DNA of 64,000 nt from Tidjanibacter sp. (GTDB lineage: Bacteria > Bacteroidota > Bacteroidia > Bacteroidales > Rikenellaceae), in the NCBI GenBank assembly GCA_045602145.1, contig JAZSAY010000046.1, positions 20,329 through 84,328 of the forward strand, given 5' to 3'. The first letter of the stretch is position 1; each line of letters starts with the position of its first letter. Under the pieces are notes generated by a model that was not told where the DNA came from, searched no databases, and worked only from the letters and a program-made list of their open reading frames with translations. Shown one piece after another: positions 45,109-54,666 of this stretch. The position numbers and the translations under genes are program-made.

Positions 45109-46125
45109 TTAGACCTTAGACGTTAGACTGATAAAATTACGGATATCTTCTTGTAACCTCTTATAGAGAAAACAATCTTTGTAATTTTCGTTAAATAGCA
45201 GAGCGTCGCGCACATTGAAGAGCGAATTGGTGTAGTTGCTCTGCTCGTTCAGCAGTGCCTGTCCCTGGCAACCCGAGGTGCGGATGCGCTCGCCACTAAG
45301 CAGGCGCAACTTGGCACACACAGCCTCCAAAACCACCACCGCAACATTATCCATCAGCGTGTGCCCGTGCATAAAGAGGTATGTATTCTCGGGTGTCACA
45401 CCTCTCTCGCGGAGCACCTTCTCAAATTCGGGCAGACGGGCTGCGATGGCAGGATACTCCTTTTCGAGAGCCTCAATGCGACGTGCAACCTGTCGGGCGA
45501 GCCACGCTATGGTGTTGGCTCCCGTTTGCTCAATATCGACATAGCCCAAGCGCACCGTATTCTTGAAGGCTGGCAGCGTAAAGACATTGGGTGTGGCAAT
45601 ATGTGCCGAGTAGGCGTACCACACAAAGGCGGGGTAGATGGTGCGGGAATACTCCTCGAAGAAACGCTCGAAGTCGAAGATTTTGGCATCGTTCTTCGTT
45701 GCCTTCACGCACACATTGTGGAGCGAGGGGGCGTAGCAGAGGAAATTCTCGGTCGAATAGACGTAGGTGTGGAAGATGTAGGGCGAGGAGTTGATAATCT
45801 TCGCATCGGCAGTCTGCGACGAGAAGAGGTAGTCGAAGTCGCTATCCATACACATAATATGGTTGGCATCGCACATCTCGGCACGCCCCAAGAGGGTCTT
45901 TTTGCCCTTTGCGAGGGTAGGACTCAGAGGTACGGAGATGTCGAAGCGCAACTCGTCGCTCTCGTAGGGGTCGAGAATGGCACGCCAGAAAGCCACATCC
46001 TCGTAACCCTCCACCTCGGCAAGTATGCGCCTACAACCCTTCGGCACGGGCAACAAGGTAGGTAGTTGCTCGCGCGGCTGTGGGCGGAAGATACGCTGTG
46101 AGGTATGTCGGCGGTGTTTTGCCAT
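45109..46125 (-). CDS. DUF4435 (TOPRIM/OLD-like) putative nuclease
   Basis: VEGYEDVAFW, GKK, MDSDFD (DxD), YSTENF and GHTL motifs. Start reassigned to ATG 46125. Confidence 0.8.
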   Translation of the reverse strand: MAKHRRHTSQRIFRPQPREQLPTLLPVPKGCRRILAEVEGYEDVAFWRAILDPYESDELRFDISVPLSPTLAKGKKTLLGRAEMCDANHIMCMDSDFDYLFSSQTADAKIINSSPYIFHTYVYSTENFLCYAPSLHNVCVKATKNDAKIFDFERFFEEYSRTIYPAFVWYAYSAHIATPNVFTLPAFKNTVRLGYVDIEQTGANTIAWLARQVARRIEALEKEYPAIAARLPEFEKVLRERGVTPENTYLFMHGHTLMDNVAVVVLEAVCAKLRLLSGERIRTSGCQGQALLNEQSNYTNSLFNVRDALLFNENYKDCFLYKRLQEDIRNFISLTSKV

Positions 46126-46135
46126 AATTTTCATA

Positions 46136-46163
46136 CAAATATACAACAAATTTGTTATCTTTG
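46136..46163. promoter_or_regulatory. Back-to-back divergent -7 promoter boxes
   Basis: TATATTTG on the minus strand (46136-46143) and TATCTTTG on the plus strand (46156-46163) within a 60-bp gap. Confidence 0.6.
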
Positions 46164-46185
46164 TACATACAAAACCGAATATCTT

Positions 46186-46542
46186 ATGGCAGAAAACGAT
46201 TGGAAAGCGCGTTTGGGTGTGGTTTTTTCGACCAATCCCGACTTCAACTATACCACCGACGACGAGCAGGAAGAGGTCGAAACCCTCGCCCCCGAGAGGC
46301 AAAACCTGCGTGTGTGGCTCGATAGGAACCACCGAGGGGGCAAGACCGTAACGCTCGTGAAGGGCTTTGTGGGCTCGGAGGAGGATCTAAAAGAGCTCGC
46401 CAAAGAGCTCAAAAACCGCTGTGGCGTGGGTGGCTCGGCAAAGGATGGGGAGATAATCATCCAGGGCGCACACCGCGAGCGAGTGGTGGAGATTTTGCTC
46501 TCGAAGGGCTACAACCGCACAAAAGCCGCAGGTGGAAAGTGA
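46186..46542 (+). CDS. Translation initiation factor SUI1/YciH
   Basis: VFSTNPDF, RGGKTVTLV, LKNRCGVGGSAKDGEIIIQG. Confidence 0.92.
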   Translation: MAENDWKARLGVVFSTNPDFNYTTDDEQEEVETLAPERQNLRVWLDRNHRGGKTVTLVKGFVGSEEDLKELAKELKNRCGVGGSAKDGEIIIQGAHRERVVEILLSKGYNRTKAAGGK

Positions 46543-46546
46543 GGCG

Positions 46547-46649
46547 AATTGAAAATTGAAAATTGAAAATTGAGAATTAACAGACCCCTCAGTCACTTCG
46601 TGACAGCTCCCCTAACTTAGGGGAGGGTGCCCGAAGGGCGGGAGAGGTA
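46547..46649. repeat. (AAAATTG)n heptamers plus family B palindrome CTCCCCTAACTTAGGGGAG with TTCG-loop hairpins
   Basis: GTCAC-TTCG-TGAC and GCCCGAAGGGC hairpins; second copy near 52186-52232. Confidence 0.75.
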
Positions 46650-46681
46650 TGTAAAAAATTTGAAAATCACAATGTAGCCAG

Positions 46682-49627
46682 ATGAGGCGGCTGAGAGTCA
46701 TCATAACTACCCTATTGTTGTTGGGGGCGGCATTGCCCCTTTCGGCACAGCTCTATTCGCTGGGCACGAGTCCTCGCGACATAAGGTGGCGTGTGCTCCA
46801 ACAAGGAGAGCAGAGGGTCATCGCTCCCGACTATGGCGAGGCGATGGCTCGCAAGGTGCTCTTTTTGATGGATACTCTGCGCCACACCATAGGCTACGGA
46901 TTGTTGCCCTCGGGGAGCGTCGAGCCTCTGGCGATGCCTGTGGTAATGCACGCCGAAAGTAGCGCATCAAACGGCATAACGATTATGGCACCCGAGCGCA
47001 TCGAGATAAGCACAATGCCCGACATCGGAGGATATGCCACCCCTTGGCTGCGCCACCTCACACTCCACGAATACCGCCACGCAGCGCAATATGCCGCCCT
47101 CTTTGGGGGTACGGCACGTTGGCTCCACTACCTATTGGGCGAACAGGCACTGCTTGCCACTACGGGCGTTATGCCCTTTTGGTGGTTGGAGGGCGATGCT
47201 GTGGATGCCGAAACCCAAGCCTCGCTCTTTGGCAGGGCGCAGCAACCCTCCTTTACGATGCACTACCGAGCCGTAGGGCGCGATATTTTGGAGGACGAGA
47301 ACCCCGACAAGTGGTTCAGTGGCTCCTACAACGAGCATATCCCCTCGCACTACCATCTGGGCTACCAAATGGTCACTACTGCCAACACCCTTGCGGGGCG
47401 TTATGTGTGGGGCGAGATTATGGAGTATGCCAAAGATAAGCCCTACACCATAACCCCCTACGAGTGGGCAATGAGGACGCATTTGGGCTACTCCACCGAG
47501 GGGCTCTTCCGTACAACTTTCGAGCGGCTCAATGACCATTGGGACTCCCTTGCCGAACGCCACGACAACTCCCAACAACTCCCTCTGCCCGAGCAGAAAA
47601 AGTACAAGTCGCCCTACATTCAGGACCGCTACCCATTGTGGTTGAACGATAGTCATATTCTGATAGTAGAAAACACCTTCGACACCCCCTCGGCACTTGT
47701 GGAGGTGGACACTGCGAGTGGCACAAGGCGCACACTGCACCACATTGGCGCAATCAACACCCGTCCCGCAATAGTGGGCGAGCACATCTATTGGACCGAG
47801 ATACAGCAACTCTCCTCCTACGCCCAGCACTTAGGCTCGGTGATGTGTCGTGCCCGCAAGGACGGCAAAGGCTCCCCCGAGAGGGTTTTGGACAAGAGTA
47901 TCTACGCCCTCTACCCCACCGAGTTTGACGGCGAGTTGGTCTATGTACGCTACAACTTGGAGGGTACATATACAATCGTTCTCCCCAAAGGGGAGGTTAC
48001 TCTGCCCGAGGGTGTGGAGTGTCACGGTTTGGCGGCTACGGGCGATAGACTCTATATGCTCACAACGGGCGACAATGGTATGGCTATCGAGAGCCTACAC
48101 CCCACAACCTTTGAGCGCAAAGTGGTGAAGCCCGCCTCGCGCACAACCCTCTCCTCGCTCAGTGCCTCGCACGACAATCGCCTCTACTTCGGCTCCATAG
48201 CCTCGGGTTATGACGAGGTACACACCTTGGACTTGCTGACGGGCGTGGAACATAGGCTCACAACCTCTCGCTATGGTTCGTTCTATGGTGTCCCCTCGCC
48301 CGACGGCAAGCGATTGGCATTGGCTCTCTACGACAGCAGTGGTTACCACATTGCCCTCTCGCCTATTGAACCGCAAGAGGTTATGGAACACCAGGAGATA
48401 CCCCTCAACGTGGTCAATCCCGAGGTTTTTCGCTGGGCAGACTATGTATGCATAGACACACTCCACTATGGGGCAAAAGAGGCTCTGGATATGCGCGAGA
48501 AAGTGCCATCGAAGCCCTATGACAGGGGAGCGAATATGCTGAATATCCACTCGTGGGCTCCCGCCTACTACCGCCCCGAGCAACTAATGAGCGGCAACCT
48601 CTCTAATGTGCGCTTTGGTGCCACCATCTCCTCGCAGAGCCTACTCTCGGACGCTGTGACCACACTTGGCGTCTACTACCGCCCCGAGGGGGCTGTGGGC
48701 GCCAACCTCAACCTGAAATATATAGGCTTTGCGCCCAAGTTCGAGTTCAGCCTCTCGACCGATAGCGGCAAACCACTCATCTCCTCACGCAAGGGCGTGG
48801 TGATGGAGAGTGGCGACTACGGCTACTCCTACGACTACTCGGACGCACAGGCGAGCTATGAGCATCGCTTGCCCCGAGGCAGGGTGTCGCTCTATGGCAG
48901 AGTATCGCTTCCTCTCATCCTCGCCCACAGCCACATCACAACCACCCTCACCCCTGCGGCGGAGATCTCCTACGCCAACAACCACCTCTACGAGCCCTCC
49001 TCGGGCAACTACTACAAGGGGCAGACGGCAGCTGTGGCAACATTGCAGTGGAACAGCTACACCCGCTCGGCATATCGCAACCTGCAACCCCGCTGGGGAT
49101 TGGCTCTGGTGGGCGGAGTGGGCAAATGCCTCGAAAGGTTCGAAACTCCCACAACCATAGGTGCTTATCTGAGAGCCTATACCCCCGCTTTTGGGCTCAA
49201 CGACGGCTTTACGCTGAGGGCTTCGTGGCAGAACTTTTTGGGCACAGGGGCTCTGAACTACGCTCTGGATTTTGGGTGGCTCTCGCCGCGCGGAATACGC
49301 TCAGCGGTCTATCCCGACGACCTCTTTGGCGGCTCGTTGCAATACGACACCCCGCTCGCCTATCCCGATTGGGGCTTGAAGGGCATTGTGATGATAAAGA
49401 GGCTCCGAGCATCGCTCTTTGTAGACACTCTTTGGGGCAGGCTCTGGACCGAGAGCGGCGAAAGGGCGTGGAGCGACGCCACAACCTTCGGCGTCGACCT
49501 TTGGGCAGACACATCGTGGCTCAGACTCCCCGAGCAGGGCGACCTTACTCTCCGCCTGGGCTGCTACTTCGACATCCGCCACCTTTCAAAACCCACCATA
49601 ACAGGTGGTCTTAATCTGAATTTTTAG
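46682..49627 (+). CDS. Outer-membrane protein: zinc-metallopeptidase domain, beta-propellers and C-terminal beta-barrel
   Basis: Signal peptide; HEYRH plus WWLEGDA gluzincin motifs; PSPDGKRLA TolB/WD40-like blade; amphipathic strands ending LNLNF. Confidence 0.7.
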   Translation: MRRLRVIITTLLLLGAALPLSAQLYSLGTSPRDIRWRVLQQGEQRVIAPDYGEAMARKVLFLMDTLRHTIGYGLLPSGSVEPLAMPVVMHAESSASNGITIMAPERIEISTMPDIGGYATPWLRHLTLHEYRHAAQYAALFGGTARWLHYLLGEQALLATTGVMPFWWLEGDAVDAETQASLFGRAQQPSFTMHYRAVGRDILEDENPDKWFSGSYNEHIPSHYHLGYQMVTTANTLAGRYVWGEIMEYAKDKPYTITPYEWAMRTHLGYSTEGLFRTTFERLNDHWDSLAERHDNSQQLPLPEQKKYKSPYIQDRYPLWLNDSHILIVENTFDTPSALVEVDTASGTRRTLHHIGAINTRPAIVGEHIYWTEIQQLSSYAQHLGSVMCRARKDGKGSPERVLDKSIYALYPTEFDGELVYVRYNLEGTYTIVLPKGEVTLPEGVECHGLAATGDRLYMLTTGDNGMAIESLHPTTFERKVVKPASRTTLSSLSASHDNRLYFGSIASGYDEVHTLDLLTGVEHRLTTSRYGSFYGVPSPDGKRLALALYDSSGYHIALSPIEPQEVMEHQEIPLNVVNPEVFRWADYVCIDTLHYGAKEALDMREKVPSKPYDRGANMLNIHSWAPAYYRPEQLMSGNLSNVRFGATISSQSLLSDAVTTLGVYYRPEGAVGANLNLKYIGFAPKFEFSLSTDSGKPLISSRKGVVMESGDYGYSYDYSDAQASYEHRLPRGRVSLYGRVSLPLILAHSHITTTLTPAAEISYANNHLYEPSSGNYYKGQTAAVATLQWNSYTRSAYRNLQPRWGLALVGGVGKCLERFETPTTIGAYLRAYTPAFGLNDGFTLRASWQNFLGTGALNYALDFGWLSPRGIRSAVYPDDLFGGSLQYDTPLAYPDWGLKGIVMIKRLRASLFVDTLWGRLWTESGERAWSDATTFGVDLWADTSWLRLPEQGDLTLRLGCYFDIRHLSKPTITGGLNLNF

Positions 49628-49735
49628 GGTAAATAGTGCTTAATATCCACCGCTACCGCGTGGGCGTATTGTGACTTTGTCACAAAAACACTATCTTTGT
49701 CGGTTGAAGTCATCTTGAATAGAAACCGAGAAAGT

Positions 49736-52159
49736 ATGAAAAGATATAGCGAACTCTCCAAAGCAACCAAGGTAACCATTTGGTTTTGGACCATTATCCT
49801 TGTTCCCACCCTCGCAGTCGTAGCACTATTGGTGGCGACCAATGCGGGCGCATTCGGCAAACTCCCCTCGTTCGAAGAGCTCGAAAATCCCAAGAGCAAT
49901 CTTGCAACCGAAATCTACTCCGAAGACGGAGTGCTGCTCGGCTCGTACTATGTGCAAAACCGCTCCTACGTCGACTACGAAGAGCTCTCACCCGCACTTG
50001 TGGCGGCACTCATCTCGACCGAGGACGCACGTTTCCACTCCCACTCGGGTATAGACTTCATCTCGCTGGCACGTGTGGGCATCAAGACCATCGCTATGGG
50101 CGACCGTGGTCAGGGTGGTGGCTCGACAATCACTCAGCAGCTCGCCAAAAACCTCTTCCCGCGCGATACGGCACGCCACACCTCGAAGGTTGCAAGGGTG
50201 GGCAAGCTCGTCGTTGCCAAGTTCAAGGAGTGGATAACAGCCGTTAAACTCGAACACAACTACACCAAGAACGAGATTGTGGCGATGTATTTCAACACCG
50301 TCTTTTTCGGCTCTAATGCATACGGTATTAAGGCTGCCGCCAAGACCTTCTTCGGCAAGGAGCCCCACGAGATAAATGTGCAAGAGGCGGCAGTGTTGGT
50401 GGGTGCTGTGAACGCCCCGACACGTTACAGCCCTGTACGCAATCCCCAAAATGCACTTTCGAGGCGCAATACGGTTATGACCCGTATGGAGCAAAGCGGC
50501 TACATCTCCAAAGCGCAGCTCGACTCGCTCCAAACTCTCCCCATAGAGCTCAACTTCTCCTCCTCGTCACACAACGAAGGTCTGGCGACCTATTTCCGCG
50601 AGATGATTCGCGTGACGATGACCTCGCCCAAGCCAACGCGCAATATGTACTACACCAAGTACGACTACGAGAAAGAGGTGGAGCGTTGGGAGCAGAACCC
50701 CCTGTATGGCTGGTGTCTGAAAAATACCAAGGCAGACGGCTCGACCTACAACATCTATCGTGACGGTCTGAAAATCTACACCACCCTCAACTCCACTATG
50801 CAGCGTTACGCCGAGGAGGCTGTACAGAAGCAACTCTCCGAGCAGATACAACCCGCAATGGACAAGCAGGTGCGCGAGACGGGAATACTCTTTGACGGAT
50901 TGGAGAAAAAAGAGGTGGATAAAATTATAGAGCGTGCGGTGCGCTACTCCGACCGCTATCGCGAGATGAGCAACGACGGCTATTCGAAAGAGGAGATTGA
51001 GGAGGCTTTCCGCACCAAGACCAAGATGAAGATTTTTACCTTCAAGGGCGAGGTCGACACCCTAATTTCGCCTCTTGACTCCATCCTGCACCATAAGCGC
51101 ATAATGCGAGCCTCGCTAATGGCAGTGGACCCACACAACGGACACGTCAAGGCGTATGTGGGCGGTCCTTCGTTCCGCTACTTCAAGTACGATATGGCAA
51201 AGCAGGGTAAGCGTCAGGTGGGCTCGACCATCAAACCCTTCATCTACACCTTCGCTTTCGACCACCTCGGCTACAACCCCTGCACAATGGTACCCAACCT
51301 GCCCGTAACCATCGAAACCTACACGGGCGAGGCGTGGACACCCAAAGAGGCAGGCTCGAAGGTAATCTACGATGGCGAGATGTACCCCCTGCGTTGGGGC
51401 TTGGCTCGCAGCCGCAACAACTACTCGGCTTGGATTATGAAGCAGGCAAATCAGCCCGCGGCGGTTGCCGACTTCATCCACAATATGGGTATTATGAGTT
51501 TCGTGGATCCCGTGAATGCTATCTGCCTGGGTACACCCGATGTGAGCCTCTTCGAGATGGTAGGTGCCTACTCCACCTTTGCAAATAGGGGTATCCACAC
51601 TGAGCCTATCTTCGTCACCCGCATCGAGGATAAGCACGGCAACGTGCTGGCAGAGTTCTCGCCCACCAGCACCGTAGCCATAAGCGAGCAGACCGCCTAC
51701 ACGATGGTCGGTATGTTGCGCACGGTAGTTGAGCGCGGTACGGGCGTAAGGCTCGGCTGGGCATACGGTATGAGCGGTCTGGAGGTCGGTGGCAAGACCG
51801 GCACCTCGCAGGAGAATAGGGATGCTTGGTTTATGTGCGTGGCTCCCAACCTTGTGGGTGGCGTATGGGTTGGTGGCGAGGACCAGAGTGTCCACCTCTC
51901 CGACAAGGGCGAGGGCTCGGTGGTGGCTCTGCCCGTCTACGGCGAGTTCCTCAAACGTGTGATGGACAACGGCACTTTGGGCGTAACCAGAGAGGACACC
52001 TTCCACCGCCCCGCGGGAGCGAAGGATTACGACTGCTGGGACGGCTCGATAACCATCGAGGATGTAGAGAAGGAGGAGAATGGCGAAATACCTGCCGAGG
52101 AGAGCACTCCCACTCCCCCATCGGACGTCATCTTCGAAGAGGCAGACGAGTTCTTCTAA
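49736..52159 (+). CDS. Class A penicillin-binding protein 1A
   Basis: EDARF..HSGID, GGSTITQQLAKNL, STIK, SRN, KTGT. Confidence 0.95.
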   Translation: MKRYSELSKATKVTIWFWTIILVPTLAVVALLVATNAGAFGKLPSFEELENPKSNLATEIYSEDGVLLGSYYVQNRSYVDYEELSPALVAALISTEDARFHSHSGIDFISLARVGIKTIAMGDRGQGGGSTITQQLAKNLFPRDTARHTSKVARVGKLVVAKFKEWITAVKLEHNYTKNEIVAMYFNTVFFGSNAYGIKAAAKTFFGKEPHEINVQEAAVLVGAVNAPTRYSPVRNPQNALSRRNTVMTRMEQSGYISKAQLDSLQTLPIELNFSSSSHNEGLATYFREMIRVTMTSPKPTRNMYYTKYDYEKEVERWEQNPLYGWCLKNTKADGSTYNIYRDGLKIYTTLNSTMQRYAEEAVQKQLSEQIQPAMDKQVRETGILFDGLEKKEVDKIIERAVRYSDRYREMSNDGYSKEEIEEAFRTKTKMKIFTFKGEVDTLISPLDSILHHKRIMRASLMAVDPHNGHVKAYVGGPSFRYFKYDMAKQGKRQVGSTIKPFIYTFAFDHLGYNPCTMVPNLPVTIETYTGEAWTPKEAGSKVIYDGEMYPLRWGLARSRNNYSAWIMKQANQPAAVADFIHNMGIMSFVDPVNAICLGTPDVSLFEMVGAYSTFANRGIHTEPIFVTRIEDKHGNVLAEFSPTSTVAISEQTAYTMVGMLRTVVERGTGVRLGWAYGMSGLEVGGKTGTSQENRDAWFMCVAPNLVGGVWVGGEDQSVHLSDKGEGSVVALPVYGEFLKRVMDNGTLGVTREDTFHRPAGAKDYDCWDGSITIEDVEKEENGEIPAEESTPTPPSDVIFEEADEFF

Positions 52160-52162
52160 GGA

Positions 52163-52299
52163 TGCAAAAATCAAAATTCAAAATTAACAGACCTCTTCTG
52201 CCCTTCGGGCGCCCTCCCCTAACTTAGGGGAGAGAGATTAGGGAATTTTAGGACATTAAAGCCCTCAAAGATTAGGACTGTTGACGTTAGACGTTAGAC
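52163..52299. repeat. (CAAAATT)n heptamers, family B palindrome copy 2, 9-mers and (GACGTTA)n
   Basis: AATTAACAGACC...GCCCTTCGGGC GCCCTCCCCTAACTTAGGGGAG; TTGACGTTAGACGTTAGAC. Confidence 0.75.
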
Positions 52300-52310
52300 A
52301 AAAAACAACG

Positions 52311-52814
52311 ATGCAGAGAACAATAGAATATATCCTCTTTTTTGTGGCGGTGGTGCTGTTGCAGGCACTGTTGTTCGACAATTTGCTCTTCTCGGGCTTG
52401 GTGGTGCCACTCTACTATGTGGTCTTTGTGCTGCTCTTGCCCGTGAAGATTGGGCGCGTGTGGCTCTTGTTGCTGGGCGCGGCATTAGGCGTGACGATGG
52501 ATGTGTCGATGGGTACGGCAGGCTTGAACACTATCGCCACTACGGCGGTGGCTTACCTGCGCCCCGTGGTGATGAACCTTACGATGGGTAAGGATGTGGC
52601 GCACGAGAGCATACCCTACGGCGGAGCGATAGACGACAGGGTGTTTTTGCCCTACGCAGCCATCTTGGTCTTGGTACACAACCTGCTCTTCTTCGGCTTC
52701 GAATCGCTCGGCAGCCATCTGCTCTTCACACTCGGCAGGGTTGTCTGCACGACGCTCGTTACGACCCTATTGGTGATGGTTACCGCCCGCTTGTTCCGTA
52801 AAATTGTAGGATAG
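52311..52814 (+). CDS. mreD: Rod shape-determining protein MreD
   Basis: Hydrophobic protein with LLQALLF, P.YY.F.LLLP and D..GTAGLN; directly upstream of mrdA. Confidence 0.85.
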   Translation: MQRTIEYILFFVAVVLLQALLFDNLLFSGLVVPLYYVVFVLLLPVKIGRVWLLLLGAALGVTMDVSMGTAGLNTIATTAVAYLRPVVMNLTMGKDVAHESIPYGGAIDDRVFLPYAAILVLVHNLLFFGFESLGSHLLFTLGRVVCTTLVTTLLVMVTARLFRKIVG

Positions 52815-52839
52815 AATAGATAAGTAGAGAGAAAAAAGG

Positions 52840-54666
52840 ATGTCGGCAGGACGCTCACGCATACTCAAATGGTTTGTTATCGGACTCTTCGTGATGTTGG
52901 GTCTGAGGCTCTTCCACATCCAGATTATAGACCGTTCCTACCGCCGTGCTGCGGAGAACAATGTGCTGCGCTATGAGGTGCAACACCCCCCGAGGGGCGA
53001 GATTTACGACCGCAATGGCGAGTTCCTGGCACAGAGCGTGGCATCATACGACCTTATGGTCGTGCCCCGCAACATCCCCAAGGAGGGATTCGATACGGTG
53101 GCTCTGACAAGGATTGCGGGCGTGAGCCAAGAGCAATTCGTAAAGTCGCTGAGAGCTGCCAAGAGCTACTCCTCGTCGCGAGCCTCGGTGGTGGTCCGAC
53201 AGATGACCACAGAGGCTAAACTGCTCTTCGACGAGGGAGGCTTCGACGGTTTCTACACAATCTTCCGCACCCAACGCTCCTATCCGCGCAAAATTGCGGG
53301 CAACCTCTTGGGCTACATTGGTCAGGTGAACGACAAAATCATAGACCGCAACCCCTACTACGCTCGTGGCGACTACATCGGCTATTCGGGCATCGAGAGC
53401 GCCTACGAGGAGTTGCTCCGAGGCGAGAAGGGCGAGAAGGTGAGCGTCGTAGACGTTAGGGGTACTGTAAAGGGACCCTACAAGGAGGGGCACTACGACA
53501 AAGCGCCCATTGCGGGCACTGCCATAACGACCACCATCGACGCTCCCTTACAGGAGGCTGCCGAAAGACTCATGAAGGGTAAGGTAGGAAGTATCATTGC
53601 CATTGAACCATCTACGGGCGAGATCTTGGTTATGGTCAGCAGCCCCACCTATGACCCCGACGAGCTGATGGGAAGGGATAGGGGCAACAACTACGTCAAG
53701 ATGCTCGACAACCCTCGCCAACCACTCTTCAACCGTGCGGTAATGTCGAGCTATCCTCCGGGCTCCACGTTCAAATTGGTCAATGCACTGATTGGTTTGC
53801 AGGAGGGCGTTGTAACCCCCTCGCGCCGCTATCCCTGCCACGAGGGTTACCACGTCGGCAGGGGTGTGAAGTGCCACGACCACCGCTCGCCACTCAACCT
53901 GAAAGAGGCGGTGGCTAACTCGTGCAACGCATATTTCTGCTACGTATTTAGGGATATTCTGGACAATCCCCAAAGGGGCGGTATTGGCAAGGGCGGATAT
54001 GACAATTGGGCTCACTATGTAGAGAGTTTCGGCTTTGGCAAAAAGTTGGGCTCGGACTTCGCCTCCGAGAGGAGCGGCTTTGTGCCCGATGCGAAGTTCT
54101 ACGATGACTACTACCCCAAGTGGAACTCGCTGACGGTGATTTCGATGGCTATCGGTCAGGGCGAGCTGGGCTGTTCGCCATTGCAGATGGCAAACCTTGC
54201 GGCTATTATGGCTAATAGGGGCTACTACTACATCCCCCACGTTGTCAGACACATTGACGGCAGGGACTCGCTCGATAGTCGCTTCTATGAGCGACACTAC
54301 ACGATGGTCGACGAGAAACACTTCGAGCCCGTAATTGACGGTATGTGGGGCACGGTGCACCGCGAGATAGGTACGGCGGGCGTGGCATACGTCAAGGGGC
54401 TGGATATCTGTGGTAAAACGGGTACGGCACAAAACCCCCACGGCAAGGACCACTCCACATTCCTCGCCTTCGCACCCAAAGACGACCCCAAGATTGCCAT
54501 TTCGGTCTATGTGGAGAATGGCGGCTTTGGTTCGAGCGTTGCGGCACCTATCGCTTCGCTGCTCATTGAGCAGTATCTGACGGGAGAGGTTAAACGCCCC
54601 GAACTTGCCGAATATATAGAAAAAATGGAGATTGCTTACCCGAACTATGAGAAGCGCAAACGATAA
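52840..54666 (+). CDS. mrdA: Penicillin-binding protein 2
   Basis: RGEIYDRNG, YPPGSTFK, SCN, KTGTAQN. Confidence 0.95.
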   Translation: MSAGRSRILKWFVIGLFVMLGLRLFHIQIIDRSYRRAAENNVLRYEVQHPPRGEIYDRNGEFLAQSVASYDLMVVPRNIPKEGFDTVALTRIAGVSQEQFVKSLRAAKSYSSSRASVVVRQMTTEAKLLFDEGGFDGFYTIFRTQRSYPRKIAGNLLGYIGQVNDKIIDRNPYYARGDYIGYSGIESAYEELLRGEKGEKVSVVDVRGTVKGPYKEGHYDKAPIAGTAITTTIDAPLQEAAERLMKGKVGSIIAIEPSTGEILVMVSSPTYDPDELMGRDRGNNYVKMLDNPRQPLFNRAVMSSYPPGSTFKLVNALIGLQEGVVTPSRRYPCHEGYHVGRGVKCHDHRSPLNLKEAVANSCNAYFCYVFRDILDNPQRGGIGKGGYDNWAHYVESFGFGKKLGSDFASERSGFVPDAKFYDDYYPKWNSLTVISMAIGQGELGCSPLQMANLAAIMANRGYYYIPHVVRHIDGRDSLDSRFYERHYTMVDEKHFEPVIDGMWGTVHREIGTAGVAYVKGLDICGKTGTAQNPHGKDHSTFLAFAPKDDPKIAISVYVENGGFGSSVAAPIASLLIEQYLTGEVKRPELAEYIEKMEIAYPNYEKRKR

